The notes under the pieces: model-generated
Seen by the model: only the letters and a program-made list of their open reading frames with translations
Told to the model about the DNA's origin: nothing
Database searches by the model: none
Shown here: positions 42,180 through 55,044 of the stretch, in pieces
Layout of the letters: every line of letters begins with the position of its first letter
How positions within the stretch are numbered: the first letter of the stretch is position 1
Translations under genes and position numbers: made by a program
Assembly: GCA_035084275.1 (NCBI GenBank)
Contig: CM068748.1
Coordinates: 6,882,001 to 6,946,000 of the forward strand
Reading direction: 5' to 3'
DNA length: 64,000 nucleotides
DNA from: Hydrolagus colliei
Lineage: Eukaryota

Positions 42180-42338
42180 CTTATCTTTCAACATTAGTTC
42201 AGCAGAAACCAGGAGCTCCCCAGTATGCTTGTTTCCATTCTTGATTGGGTACCAGAGAAGTTTGGGTGTTTCATCGATGCTTGGATTCAGCTTCACCATT
42301 GGAGGGCAGGCACATCTGCCCAAGAACTCATCTTTTCC
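42180..42338 (-). CDS. MYOF: MYOF exon (~34)
   Basis: 159 nt; GKDEFLGRCACPPMVKLNPSIDETPKLLWYPIKNGNKHTGELLVSAELMLKDK. Confidence 0.94.
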
Positions 42339-42430
42339 CTGGCCAAAATAAAAACAAGTTCCAAGTTAATAAATTCAACAGGTACAAGTATACAAATTAA
42401 AGCTTAATTAAACTACATAAATCAACTTAC

Positions 42431-42612
42431 AACTTGATCTTCATCGAATATTTCAATAATCACATTGGGTGGATTTCTAGCTAAATCTTGAGGGTCTCCA
42501 TATATATCAATATTATTGAAAATAAGGGACTGGTCCCAGGTTGGGTTCAAGGTGGATTTGAGAACCTCAGTTGACTTGCTTTGGTGAAGAAATGAAACAT
42601 GAGCATATGGAT
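42431..42612 (-). CDS. MYOF: MYOF exon (~33), C2D
   Basis: 182 nt; PYAHVSFLHQSKSTEVLKSTLNPTWDQ...EIFDEDQV. Confidence 0.95.
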
Positions 42613-43152
42613 CTGCAACAAGAGAAAAATCCAATGAAGTCGCAGCAAGTTTTAATCAGTTTTTTTTAAAAAAGCAACACAAAACAAGTCACAAGGTGGC
42701 GAAAGAATAAGGGAAAACCAATTCACTATTTTATTCTTTATTGCTCGACAAAATAGTGTAACTCACATAATCATCATCGTTTAGGAATCTGGTCTAAAAG
42801 CTAAATGGATGAATTTAATTTCTCGCAATCAAGTGTACATTTGTTCCTGCCTGTGTAGGCAGGATTGAGAATAGTTTTGTGAGTCGATTGGTGGATTGCT
42901 ACTAGGGTAATAATCCCTTCAGAATAATGTGATAACGTGTTATATCAAATGAAAGGACTATTATTATTATTAATTGATAATTTGTTTAGGATCAGGGCTA
43001 TAATCTTTCAATCACAGTTATTTTGTCATTAAAGCTAGTAAGCATGTGTATAGTGATTAAGACTATATTTTCCATGATTCAATGTGTCTTCACCGGTCAC
43101 CGCATAGGCACTTACTGGCAAACATTGGAATCTCATTGAATCGTGGGAAATT

Positions 43153-43262
43153 ATAATAATAATCCTTTCATATAGCACATTATCACGTCTTTGAGAAGTC
43201 TCAAAGTGCTTCACAGAATATACTGTAAAGTGAATTGCATATTTTGTGGGCAACCAGCCAGC
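43153..43262 (-). mobile_element. SINE 3' fragment
   Basis: Reverse-complement of the SINE tail. Confidence 0.75.
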
Positions 43263-43933
43263 AAGTGCGCCACATGTCAACAGGTAAGGACATCATTCCC
43301 CATAATCAAAGGTCTACGTTAAGTGCAGAAATAATGGAGATTGTGGTGGTGGTGGGGTGGGGAGGTCACAATTGCAAATTAGGAGGTAGGTAATATGAGT
43401 AGTGCAAAGAAATCTATGTGGTTTTGATAGGATACTGAATGGAATTCCAGTGAATGTACAACTTCGGCATTTATATGATTTACAAAGATAAAACTCGAGT
43501 TTTACTGTATAATTGTTCAGTCAATTCTGACTAATTCTCCCTGCACTCTTTTCTCAAACACTTTGCATAGTTTTATGCTAGGAAACACACAACCAACTAT
43601 TGGCTTTGAACCTCCAATATTTACTATCACATACTTAAGATACTGAGTTCACAAAAGAGAAACACACACACATAAATAACTTTGCTCATGTATTCCAATA
43701 CAGACTAGCAGTAGCCCAATAAATACTCAAACTTCATATGAAGCAGTCAAGAAGAAACTAAGGTAGGTGGTATTTATGGGTAGCTGTACATCCACAGACA
43801 CTAAATTGTGGACACCTCTAAGGTCGGTAGGTTGCGACAGAACTTAAATTGCCTCTATCTGTGTAGAAGGAACACTTGAAGAACATTGTTATTTCCTGTA
43901 CAATGTCAAGCCCAGTTCCAAAAGCTACTATTT

Positions 43934-43950
43934 AGGTCACCTTCAGGTCA
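43934..43950 (+). promoter_or_regulatory. DR5 RARE-type motif
   Basis: AGGTCA ccttc AGGTCA. Confidence 0.45.
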
Positions 43951-44689
43951 GCTTTCAATAGCTGTCTGGAGACACAAGTTCAGAGCACTTAAACTCTTTC
44001 AAATTCTTTTGATGGAATAAACACATTTAAAAATTCACTTACGTGCCTTCCATAAAAATTAGGATCTAATTTGCAGCATTTAAAGTGGCCCGTTAGAATT
44101 CCAGTGAACCCCTGGGAACTTCTGTGGTAGACCACATCAGAGCAGAGAGATGTACTTCTGATTACAGGACAGAGTCTCATTCAAATTGTGAAACTTGGGT
44201 CTCTCATGAACATTGCAAATTTGACCCCTAGATTTCTAAATGGTGAAGGTGTGTTTACCCAACTCAATGCATAATTTATTTCAGCATTAAAAATTGACAG
44301 TTTGTAAATCAATCTCTTCTAATCCCCAACACACACAGGTACACTACACTTTCTCCTATTCTCACTAAACAATTAATGTGCAAGGCTGCATAGTAAGAGT
44401 TCACAGTTTTGGTGATGTTGAGGATGTTTCCACTTGCATTCAGCATCCAGCAGGTATTTCTAGAAAGCATTCAAAAGTGGGAACTCAAAAACATGACTTA
44501 AGATGTTGAGATCAATTATAGAGCTGCTAAGCGAACTGCTGAAATTAGATAACTCACCAAAGACCAGGATTCAAACTTCATTGAATTGACCCATGAAAAA
44601 TAGAGTTCAAATGATGATTTAAGCTTTTTATTACCCAACAGTGATCATTAATTAGAGACTGATCACAGGTGGAAGATCAATAAACATAC

Positions 44690-44767
44690 CTGAAAAACTA
44701 TCTTTGTCCATAGCTGCTATGCCTCTTGCTTGATAAATGTAGCAGCGTAGGTGATAGATTGAGGGTC
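44690..44767 (-). CDS. MYOF: MYOF exon (~32), C2D start
   Basis: 78 nt; [25 protein letters not shown]. Confidence 0.94.
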
Positions 44768-45530
44768 CTGAAACAAAATGCCTTTGTCACAAAAGAGGAA
44801 CTAATGCCTGTCACAGTTAACGACAATGCAATCAATCACCAAAGTGACCAATAATCAAAATGGCTTGTGTCTGATTACTGGAACTATGGATTCAGCTTCT
44901 TGCATGATATGTCACTGCACATCTTTTTCTGGACAACATATTACTTATATAACTGCGCAATTTGTCATTTATAATTTAAGATCAAATATCAAACCCTCCG
45001 GATAGACAAGTTTTGCTTAATGTCTACCAGGACAGATCTATTATCTGTGTGCCTGTAATGCAAGTTGGAGACAATGCACAATTCAAATACCCAAAGAGAG
45101 AGTGACAGTGGCTTACAGACCTGCAATTTACATCAAAAGCAGCTAGGCATTGAGGTTTCACATTTAGTTATTCTGCCCTTATTGGCAAAAACGGGGATAA
45201 CATGGATCTAATTGGTATTTCAATTGTAATTAATAAATCAGGACAAAAAAATTAAGTAGGACATTCAGCCAGTCAAGTCTGTTAGCCATCTTATTAGAAC
45301 ATGGCACATCTTTAATTCCCATCTTTAATTACTTAAGTACTTTAATTACTTAAGTATCCAATCTATAGGTCATAAGTATTAAGCACAGTACTAAATCCAT
45401 TAAAATAATCCAGTCCTGCTCACTGTTACTCTGGCTCCTTTACAATCTATGTTAACTGTAGCTGACACAAAAAGAGGCCCCAAACACAAAATCAAGATAT
45501 ATTCTAAAATGGAAACAACGGTGTACTTAC

Positions 45531-45618
45531 TATCAAATAAGCAGGAAATTGTAGGGGTATTTGCTCCAAACATACAATCTGAACCTGGTGATTTATCACC
45601 ATCCCCACCATCTGAAAT
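45531..45618 (-). CDS. MYOF: MYOF exon (~31)
   Basis: 88 nt; ISDGGDGDKSPGSDCMFGANTPTISCLFD. Confidence 0.88.
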
Positions 45619-46100
45619 CTAAAGTAAAAAAATTCTCCATATTCATATTTTGGGACATTCCACTCCCTTGAACTCGAGCATTAGTGGAATACAGTTATGT
45701 AATTTAAAAAAAAAAGAAACTAGTGTAATGAAAAAGGAAACTTAAAAGTTAAAAGATTCCATAGTAATTCTGATGGTCCCCAAATATGGAACACAATTGA
45801 TTTTTTAAAAAGCAACAAGTGCAATCCTGATGGTAACATTCATTTCACAGAATGTGCAATCAACCAAACTACAAAATAATTTTACATGTAAACTTGGGGT
45901 GCATTGGCGTCAGTCATTCCTGACTATTGAAGCCACCTCCTGGAACTTAACTGATAAGACTTACTCCGAAACAAAACATTTTTTCCATCTCAACCCATAT
46001 TTTAGAAAAAACTCTAAATTCTGATTCAATGTGAAGTATAGCTATGCTCAGAACATATCACTCTCTTGGTTTTAGGGGAAAATGTTACTGATTCACCTAC

Positions 46101-46271
46101 CAGAGCACCTTCCAGTTTGAAGATTGCTGAAGCCCCAAGAAGTCCAGATGGTACCATTTGTCGTCTCCATCTCCTACGTCTGAAAGTATCTGATCTTCGT
46201 TGCTTCAAATGGAAGTTCCAGCCAATCAGGGCTGCATATTCCCATCCTTCTGGGTCTGGCACAGATTTGCT
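46101..46271 (-). CDS. MYOF: MYOF exon (~30), outer DysF-C
   Basis: 171 nt; SKSVPDPEGWEYAALIGWNFHLKQRRSDTFRRRRWRR...FKLEGAL. Confidence 0.93.
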
Positions 46272-46611
46272 CTGAGAATGTTAAACAGAATTCCAGAATG
46301 ATCTAGTGGCCGGCCATTCATCTAGGCAATGGATGCCCAGATCCATTGGTCATACACAAACCTGATTAGACACATTCCTTTGATTACTTTCCTGCTTGCC
46401 ACCATCTTGTCTCATTTTCCCTATGTCGCATATTAATAGCTGCATTTACATTGATTTTACAGAACAAGTATAAACACAAATCAAAAAAACTGGTGCCACT
46501 GACATCCAAAAAGTTGATGTACAAGGATAATTTTTTGAGATCCCAATTTCAATTGATGAGTGTGCTGCTAGACAAATGTATGTTTATTAGAAATAATCAG
46601 AGCACATTTAC

Positions 46612-46751
46612 CTTGGCCAGTGCAGTTTTCTGCGAATCTCGCATACGTTTTCTCACCCAACGTCTACGTTTCTGGGTGTGGTACATTTTCTCTGTTGAAA
46701 CCCAGCATTTTGGACGGTCATCGGGCGGTATTTTTATCCCATACTCCCAAC
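46612..46751 (-). CDS. MYOF: MYOF exon (~29), inner DysF-C
   Basis: 140 nt; [38 protein letters not shown]. Confidence 0.94.
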
Positions 46752-47141
46752 CTAAAATCAAATAGCCAATTAGCTCTGGTAGATAAACAGCCAATACAAT
46801 TGAAATGAAGGATTAATCAGGTACAAAAAATGAATTATTATTCACAAAAACACATTAGTACACAGCTGGGGAAAGAAGCGAAAACCATTGCGGTTAAGGA
46901 GCAAGTTAGATTGACAGGGGTGTGGAATAATGATAGGGTGTTATCCAAACACTGTCAAGGGAATTATACAAATAGTCTTTTTTTGTTCAAGGTGTTCTTT
47001 AGGTATGATTGCATGGAGTCAATTGCAGTGGAAAGGATTGGAATATGAAAAAAAAAGCCACTACGAACAAAGACTTCATGCATGAAAAATAACATCTTTA
47101 ATTGAAAACTTGATTCACCCTAAAGCAATAGATAAATTCAC

Positions 47142-47244
47142 CTTGTTCATCAACAGCTCGATTGACATCATAGTCCCATTCTTCTGCCCATTTCCAGCCT
47201 GGAGGACACTCAAACTCATCTTTTGCCAAGGATTTTTCCCCATT
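47142..47244 (-). CDS. MYOF: MYOF exon (~28), inner DysF
   Basis: 103 nt; [34 protein letters not shown]. Confidence 0.94.
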
Positions 47245-48053
47245 CTGTTAGAGGACAAGAAGCAATGTTTAAGGAATGCTAGTTGTAATGAAACTTGACG
47301 GCACCAATAATCTTAATATAACTTAATTATCTTAAGAGCCTGGGAGTTATAGGAGTAGACACCAGCACTGTGCATGCTGACCAAACCTACAATGCTGGTT
47401 AGCTTTTATTTTTGTAACTTGCAGAAGACAAAACACGCCCAACCTAGCTCAGCACTTAACTTGCCTTGCAGTTATTTACCCAATATCAAAAACAGTTCAG
47501 GCGAGGGCTGGATCAGAGTTCAACATCCATGAAGAGTATGAATTATTTCTGCTTGAATAACCATAGACTGCTGGGCAAATACCGAAGTGCAGCATCAACA
47601 GCTCTTGTAACAATGGAGATCTAGCTCATGCCCCTAACTTAAGCTGTGTGGAGTGATATAATGTCAACTATATTTTAACAGCAGGAACATAAACTGTGTG
47701 CTTAGTGTGAATTTATGAAGTTACACAATACGTTCTGCATGATTAGCATAGTATGAACAGCACCCTGTACCCACAGTAAACATACAGACTGCCAACTTTT
47801 AATACAACTGTCCTCTGGTTAAAACGCAGGTGTTCGTTCCACCTAAGGATTAGAACAAAAAAACTTTTGCTGTTAAAGTTACGAGAGTGCATCTCTTGTG
47901 CACTGTTCTAACATGTTTTAATATTGCTTGAAGGCATCTTCCAGTCCAATACTAGCCTGGATGGTGATCGCATACAAAGGAACCCTCACCTGAATTTATC
48001 AGTTTTCCTTGAATTAAATGATTTTACTGTAAGCACTGGGTAAGCATACACAC

Positions 48054-48168
48054 CACATCTGTATAAGGCTCCTCAGGCAACTTCCACTCAGTTCCAGGAT
48101 AACGGGATTGATTCTCGTAAACTTCGTCAATAAATTCAGTGTGGCCAGCATCGGCTTCTGTAAGCATA
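48054..48168 (-). CDS. MYOF: MYOF exon (~27), inner DysF
   Basis: 115 nt; MLTEADAGHTEFIDEVYENQSRYPGTEWKLPEEPYTDV. Confidence 0.94.
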
Positions 48169-48837
48169 CTGGCAACAAAACAATGACCCCGGTGAGGTTT
48201 ATAATGACTATTTGAGAATGCAAGCATTTGATAAACATTCTTCTCTCATATTAGGCCCAAACAGCTTTCGTCACCTTCGCCTTAGAATATGCTTGTGCTG
48301 GTCTCTCCATCACTACTGATGGGAGCATTGTGGAGTACAATAGTCATTGAGGGTTTCCTCTTCTTGGAAGCAAGTTACACTATTTTACACATATGCTGAG
48401 AAGGAGGTAGGGAGAGAGGACAAAAATGTCATACTCCTAGAGGCACAGGAAAATTACCAGCCTGGCTACAGACAGCTTGCTTTAATGCTTCGGATTTCAA
48501 AAAGTTTGTAAGTTGCTACCAAAAACCCACAGAGTAATATAAAGAGAGAAACCAGGGAAGGTCTGAGATGGGAGTGGCTGGTTCTCAGCTCAAAGAAACT
48601 TAGCCCCTGGCTACTTGCAAATGGAATTTTACAGTCTTGTTCAAGATCATCTGGCTGGGAATCCAACCATAGTTACACGCATTTCAACATGTCGAGACCT
48701 CACAGGTAATACCCATGAACTAGATTCAATGTTTCATGAATTCTTCACAATTTTAACATTGAACCCTTTGGGGATTCTGAAAAGTTTAACTCCTTGAAAG
48801 AACTTTTAGCAAAGGCATAAACTAGTTTGTAAAAATG

Positions 48838-48873
48838 TTGGGGGGTGGGGGGGGGGTGGGGGGGTGGGTGGGT
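48838..48873 (+). repeat. G-rich tract with G-quadruplex potential
   Basis: Five G-runs of 3 or more separated by single T. Confidence 0.7.
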
Positions 48874-49281
48874 TCTAACACCATAAAAACAAAAAGTGAA
48901 CTTCAAAAATATCAGGTTTTGGAGATAAATATTTTTAAAAACACGAATTTAAATGAATGGCTCATCAGCAAAAAGTGAAGTTGTTAGCATTGCCTCAACA
49001 TTAGCAGGAGGCAGCATAGCACTGTGTAGTGCTGCCACCAGCTGGTAATCACTACAATTGTAGCCAATACATCAAAACTTTAAAAAATATATATATAAAT
49101 GAAGTCCATATCCACCTTTGATGGAATAACAGAAGCGGGATCAAAACACAAAAGAAGTTAGAACCATATACTGTAATATTACAGCACAAAATGAAGCATT
49201 CTGCCCATCATAATCAAATTTCAATTGAGGAAAAAACATTTAACCAAAAGTGATTGAGTTTTTCTTGAAAGACTGACTGAC

Positions 49282-49442
49282 CTTGTCTGTGGATCCACTA
49301 TCCATTCTCCTTCCCATTCCCAGCCTTTTGGAGGCAGGAAGTTCTCCTTCTTGAGTTTGATCTTTCCAGTTACATCAGAAAACTTGTAACGACCAACCAA
49401 TCCTCCAGTGCCCCACTTGGCTATGTACGCTTGGTTTTCATA
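49282..49442 (-). CDS. MYOF: MYOF exon (~26), outer DysF-N
   Basis: 161 nt; YENQAYIAKWGTGGLVGRYKFSDVTGKIKLKKENFLPPKGWEWEGEWIVDP. Confidence 0.95.
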
Positions 49443-49720
49443 CTGTTTATAAAAAGGAGTGTAAAAAAAAAGGCAGTTAAAGGACCTACACCTAGCAATG
49501 CAAACTATTTCACTTACAAATATAATTTTAAAAACACTTCCAAGGAATTAATGATGTGATGGTAATGAACAGATTTGATTTTCATGTCCTTATCAGGGAG
49601 AAGCTGGATACAAAGACTTAAGCGTTTATGCCACAATAGTACAATAGACTTTGGTCTATTTTCATAACGCAAAATACATTTTGCAAAGTTTCAAATCTTA
49701 AAAACAAACATTTTGTTTAC

Positions 49721-49852
49721 CAGTTCAGCAAAGACACTGAAGCGTCCTTCGGCAAAGCTGTTGAATTTGCTTTCAAGTGCTGCAAGTCCAAGCCAAATAC
49801 GAATGCACAGCTGTGTTGGAATTTTGGCACCTTTGCTTTTGTCCTGGACATA
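49721..49852 (-). CDS. MYOF: MYOF exon (~25)
   Basis: 132 nt; YVQDKSKGAKIPTQLCIRIWLGLAALESKFNSFAEGRFSVFAEL. Confidence 0.93.
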
Positions 49853-50821
49853 CTGGAAGGCAAATAGAACAGAGTTAAACCGTCAATATTACATTAGAGA
49901 GACAAATCTGATGAACAAGCATGCAGTGCTGATTTCTGCATCTCATCTGAAAATAAACAATGTTTCTATAGCAAAGCAGGTAATAGATATTGTTGAAGCA
50001 CAAGTACCAAATATTACCATAGCACATCACTGCCTTTTGTAGAGGAGGAATTAAAAAGATAGAATAAAATGTACTGGATGAAAAGCTTGAACATCCTTAC
50101 CAATCATAAACCACAATTTAAATGGTATTGATTTTGCAATAACCAATATCTTAATGAACCACAATAGAACTACTCATTATTACCTTCTCTTTGTATACTG
50201 TATCGGCAATCAGCCTAGCAGTTGTTCAAATTGACCGATTTTTTAAAACGCCATGCTACACTTAAAAAAATGGTACTGTACTGTCAGACTAGGAAGGTAT
50301 TAACCTCAGCTGGTCACTAGCAAATGAAACTCAATATAGATATACACATGAACTAAAAGTGGTGCACATGCTCCATGGCCTGGAATTGCATTACAGGTTT
50401 AGTTAAACAGGAAAAATCAATCCCAGAATAAACTCGGATACAATAAATTAGGAAAAGGCACATGATCAGGTTTGTGAAGGACACCTTATGACAAACACCA
50501 AGAAGCAGGTCTTCACCCTGCAGGATAATCAATAAGTGGAACAGGTAACCAAGTAAAGCCTGGACACTGAGTCTTAAGAAGCAGCTCAATACTACAACAA
50601 GGGTAATGAGAAGACAGTAAGCTGGCTACTGCAGACAGATGATAAAATAGCTCACAGGCTTCTCTTCATCCATACTCATGATCTTGTAAAAAGCAATACA
50701 AGTGCTTGGAGATCAAACAAAAACACAAGCTGAGTATGGAGAAAGCTTCCCAAGTCCTTCTTTTCGAACAGAACTAAATGGAATAGGTCCTGTTGGTCAG
50801 GTTTAAAAGTATTGATTTCAC

Positions 50822-50974
50822 CTTCAGGAAGATGGTCTGTGTCTTGCCACAATATCGGCCACATGCCTCGTCATGGGTAGAGTACAGAACCTCGTGGGCT
50901 GGAATTCGAGCGTACGCCACTCGCTTATCGTCACAGATCATCCAGATGATGACATCTGGCATGCTGTTTTGTGG
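50822..50974 (-). CDS. MYOF: MYOF exon (~24), FerB region
   Basis: 153 nt; [32 protein letters not shown]...[10 protein letters not shown]. Confidence 0.95.
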
Positions 50975-51569
50975 CTGTAGAAAGGAACAAGAATGATTAA
51001 TATTCCTTGGAATTCTAATGCGCACACAAAACTAATGCACACACGTGTGTACATAAAGAATTGAGCATAAATCATGAGGGAAGGTGTTGAAATAAATCAT
51101 GAGGGAACACTTCCCGAACCGACTGCTCAACACAAGTGTTTTTCCCTCCACTAAAGGCAATTGGACTCTTTTTCCTTCCACTGGGGTACATTAAACATGC
51201 ACCCTTCTATGCTTCTTTCAGTCTGGGAACTTGGAAAGGTGTGTGTGTGTGTTTTTTTTACACAAGACTCCTGCAGTATTAAATTGATCACAACTGAGCT
51301 CAATCCTGTTCTCACTAACACCCACTCTCCAGCAGGTGTCTCCACTCCCTAACCAAAGGTACAGAGACTACAACAAACAAGATTACATTTATAACAGTGC
51401 GCTAAATTACTAAAATGAGTTAACTCACATTCAAAACTGCATATTTCCTGTGCTATAGCCCAGTACTTGAATGAATGATGCCTTTGTTCACTAAGATATT
51501 TGTGGGGAGCTTCAAACCTGTTATTTATTCCGAGAATGAAACAGACAACAATGTTTTATTGCCACCAAC

Positions 51570-51762
51570 CTCCTCAGCCACTGATTTAAGTCTCTCCAAC
51601 CAGTCGTCAATATCCGCAAGGGTATCTTTGGGATTTTCTGCGTTCATCTTCAAATAGTTTGCTGAATCAATAATGCTTTTCATAGCCTTCTTACGAAGGT
51701 TCAGGATTTGAAAATCAAGCAATGTCACATTGGGCTTTCCTTGCAGGTCCGGTAAAAAACAG
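51570..51762 (-). CDS. MYOF: MYOF exon (~23), FerA region
   Basis: 193 nt; CFLPDLQGKPNVTLLDFQILNLR...LADIDDWLERLKSVAEE. Confidence 0.92.
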
Positions 51763-51772
51763 CTGAAATCAA

Positions 51773-53113
51773 CAACAAAATTACATTTGTATAGCGCCTT
51801 TCACATCAGGAGGACGTTCCAAGATGCTGGATAATCAATGTTTCAGATCCAAGCTGGGATCAGGAATAGGGAGAGTAGAGGGATAGGAGGGGATTTGGGG
51901 TGACCAATAGGATCGTTGAAGAGGAAAGTCTTGAGGCGTGACTTGATGGAGGCTACGGAGGGGGCGTGGTGGAGGGACTGCGGTTTGGAATTGCCGAGGC
52001 TAGGGGCAGTGACTGAAGGCTCACCTGTCGATGGTGGGGCAGATGGGTCAGGGGAAATGGGAGCAGGTCGGAGTCTGCTGAGCGGAGGGGGTGGGCAGGT
52101 TAGTAGGGGGTCACAGAGCTAGGGTGGGGCAAGGTAAAGGAGGACTTTGAAGGTGAGGACCAGGATCTTGAATTGAATTCTCTGGGTGATGGAGAGCAAA
52201 TGGAGTCAGGCAAGAATGGGGGCGATTGGGTTACGGATCTTGGAGCGGTAGAGGACACGGGCTGCAGAGTTCTGGATTATCTGCAGCCTATGAAGGAAGG
52301 AATTCAGAAGGCCAATAAACAGGGCATTTGTGTAGTTGAGTCAGGATGTGATGAAGGCATGATTGAGGGATTCAACGGCCTGAGGGGTGAGGTAATGGTG
52401 GATTCGGGCAATATGGCTTGGATGTGAGGGAGGAAAGACAGGTGAGGATCGAACAAGAGACCTAGGTTCCTGACTGGCTTGGTGAGGTTGAGTGTGCAAC
52501 CATGATGGTTGATGCTGCCAGTATCTGATATGTTAAAGTGCTGGCGCAAGCCAATCGAAATGACCTCGGTCTTGTTGATATTCAAATGTGTAAAGTTAGC
52601 TCTCATCCAGGACTTGATGTCTGATGGGCAATCTCTCCTGGCATTGATGGTAGAGGCAGAAAGATAGAGTTGGGTGTCATCCGCATACATGTGGAAGTTG
52701 GCCCTATGTCTGCGGCGGGTGAAGTCACCAAGAGGGAGCATGTAGATATTGAACAGTTGGGGGCCAAGGACAGAGCTCTAGGGGATGGCACAGGTGACAG
52801 TTTGGGGGCTGAAGGAGAAGCCATCGGTGGCAATAAATGGAGATGATGAGAAAGGTAAGAGTCGAATCAGGCAAGGGCAGGTCCGTGAAAATCGAGCTGG
52901 GAGGAGAGGCAATGTAAGAGGATGGAGTGGTCGACAGTGGCGAAGACAACAGAGAGGTCAAGGAGAACAAGGAGACAGAGACAGCCTTGTTCACAGATGT
53001 TTAAAATGTTGTTAGAGACTTTGACCAGGGCTGTCTCCATGCTATGGGCAGCATGGAAACCGGATTGTAGGGGTTGAAAAAGGAAATGGTGAGAGAGAAA
53101 AGAGCGAAGCTCA
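51773..53113 (-). mobile_element. 5'-truncated L2/CR1-clade LINE with frameshifted reverse transcriptase
   Basis: QSGFHAAHSMETALVKV, LLVLLDLS..FATVDHSILL and [13 protein letters not shown] motifs in several frames; (GTT)n tail; GAAATCAA repeat at 51765 and 53114. Confidence 0.92.
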
Positions 53114-53353
53114 GAAATCAAAGGACATGAGTATTAATCTTACAGCACAAAAAATGCCATCTATTTGATGAAACAATTTGAAGTAGTGAAGGGGGAATAA
53201 GCAGCAGTATAGTAAAACCCAAGACATTTTAATCAATGACTTAAACGAAGGGCAGCATGACCCAAGATGGGATACATCACTGAGGCTGAAAAGAACATTT
53301 AGAAAACAGGAAAGTCGCAACTTTTGCCACAAAGCTAGACAGTCAGTTTTTAC

Positions 53354-53460
53354 CTGCAGTCCTCTATGACTTGATCAACAAGTTTCAACCAAATCTCAGC
53401 CTCCTGCAGATCACTACATTTTGCTTGAATGGCTGTTTTCAGCATACGTAAGCCATTTTC
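53354..53460 (-). CDS. MYOF: MYOF exon (~22), FerA region
   Basis: 107 nt; ENGLRMLKTAIQAKCSDLQEAEIWLKLVDQVIEDC. Confidence 0.9.
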
Positions 53461-53616
53461 CTGGAATAAAAAAAGATAGTGAGGTTTATTTTATTCAATC
53501 ACTCTAGTACAATCTTTCAGTTCCAGTGTCTGCCAGTCTTGAAAACCAACATTTAATATGAATGAGCTGCGTTGATCAAACGGAAAATGGAAGGGAGCTG
53601 GATGAATGAATATTGT

Positions 53617-53913
53617 GGAGTCCTGTAGCTCAGTGGTTATAACAATCGCCTTACAAGCAAGAAACCTGGGTTTGATTACAGGCAGGGAGAAACCTAGGCA
53701 AATTTCCTTACTCCACACGCCTGATAATAATCCCTTTAAAAAAAAATGTCATTTCAATCCATGATCGTTTCTGGGATACTGCTGTGGACAATTGGCTTCT
53801 ACGTTTCACCACAAATATACGGACAATTCCCTTCACAGTATATTCTGTGAAGCGCTTTGAAATGTCTAGAAGTCGTGAAAAGCACTATATCAAATGCAAG
53901 GATTATTATTATT
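53617..53913 (+). mobile_element. tRNA-derived SINE, full length
   Basis: Same family as 607-913. Confidence 0.85.
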
Positions 53914-54195
53914 GAGGGCTTGGAAGTAGATATCCTAATATCATCTTGAAATACACTTCAATGCACCTATTGTTAAGTACATCTAAAGACACCAAAGATT
54001 AAGGTAGGAAAACAGAAATGGTACCAAACAAATTGTACAGGATAAAAATGTAGCACCATTTTAACATCATCCAGAAACTGCAAAATAAATAAAGTTAGAT
54101 TGTTTTCATAGAATTTAACTTGTGTATAATGTCTAAAGCATGTGGAAGACATTCTAATCCATCCTGACTGGAAGAAAGTGAAATATGTAACTTAC

Positions 54196-54320
54196 CAATC
54201 TCTCAATTATTTTTTGGAGAATATTCACAGAATCCAGCCTGTGACTAATGTCTTCCCAGAAAGAGGTCAGTGTGACTACAGGCTTCGAATCAGCCCAAGG
54301 AAGAAAATAATAATAGTTGC
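54196..54320 (-). CDS. MYOF: MYOF exon (~21)
   Basis: 125 nt; NYYYFLPWADSKPVVTLTSFWEDISHRLDSVNILQKIIERL. Confidence 0.94.
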
Positions 54321-54889
54321 CTGGCAGATAAAGAAATGGACATAAAGAAATGGACATAAAGACATGGACACGCAAGCAGTTGAAGCCACTTAAGAAAAAT
54401 GTAGCGATGGTAAAGGTATGGAAGTTGCCTTTGGCCTCTCACATGAAGGTCTGTACATCTGACAATGTATTAGGAGTCTTAGCCTCTACTATGATTTCAT
54501 GAATCCCGTCATGGAATCTCAATGCATAACCTTCTGACAGAGGCAAGTGCTGCCAACTGTGCATTGGTGACAAATGGGGCAAATCTAGCTCCAGTTGAAA
54601 TTTTTGGCCAGTGGTTATTGATAACTGGCTCGTTTTTCTCACGGGTGAGAATTTAAAGTATTTTCAGTTACATCATTATTTGTGTACCACAAATTAATTA
54701 ACTTCAACTAATTACTGAAAACAAATCACAAAATACATATACTTGTACATAAAACCTCGAGTTTTACATTGCTGGTCATTAGACACTGGCTGATGAAAGT
54801 TTCATACTAGAAAGTAGAAGACAATTGAACATAAACATGCTCCTTTGAGAACTAGAATTATAACTATAAATATGTGACATGTTGTTCTT

Positions 54890-55001
54890 GCATATATACA
54901 GTCAATTCACTTTACAGTACAAAGTATGTGAAGCACTTTGAGATCTTTGGAAGACGTGATAAGGCTCTTTATCAAATGCAAGGATTATTATTATTATTAT
55001 T
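54890..55001 (+). mobile_element. SINE 3' fragment
   Basis: Family tail ending (TTA)n. Confidence 0.75.
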
Positions 55002-55044
55002 AAATGGAAATGGTTGGCCATGGATTCGAAGTACGGAGACTTAC

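Noticed and set aside
46095-46100. Second GT donor 4 nt downstream of the exon ~30 donor
   Set aside because: Would shift the frame; a common tandem-donor pattern with no further support.
52304-53121. Reverse-transcriptase ORFs as an active gene or a novel RT system
   Set aside because: Frameshifted, 5'-truncated ordinary LINE fragment.
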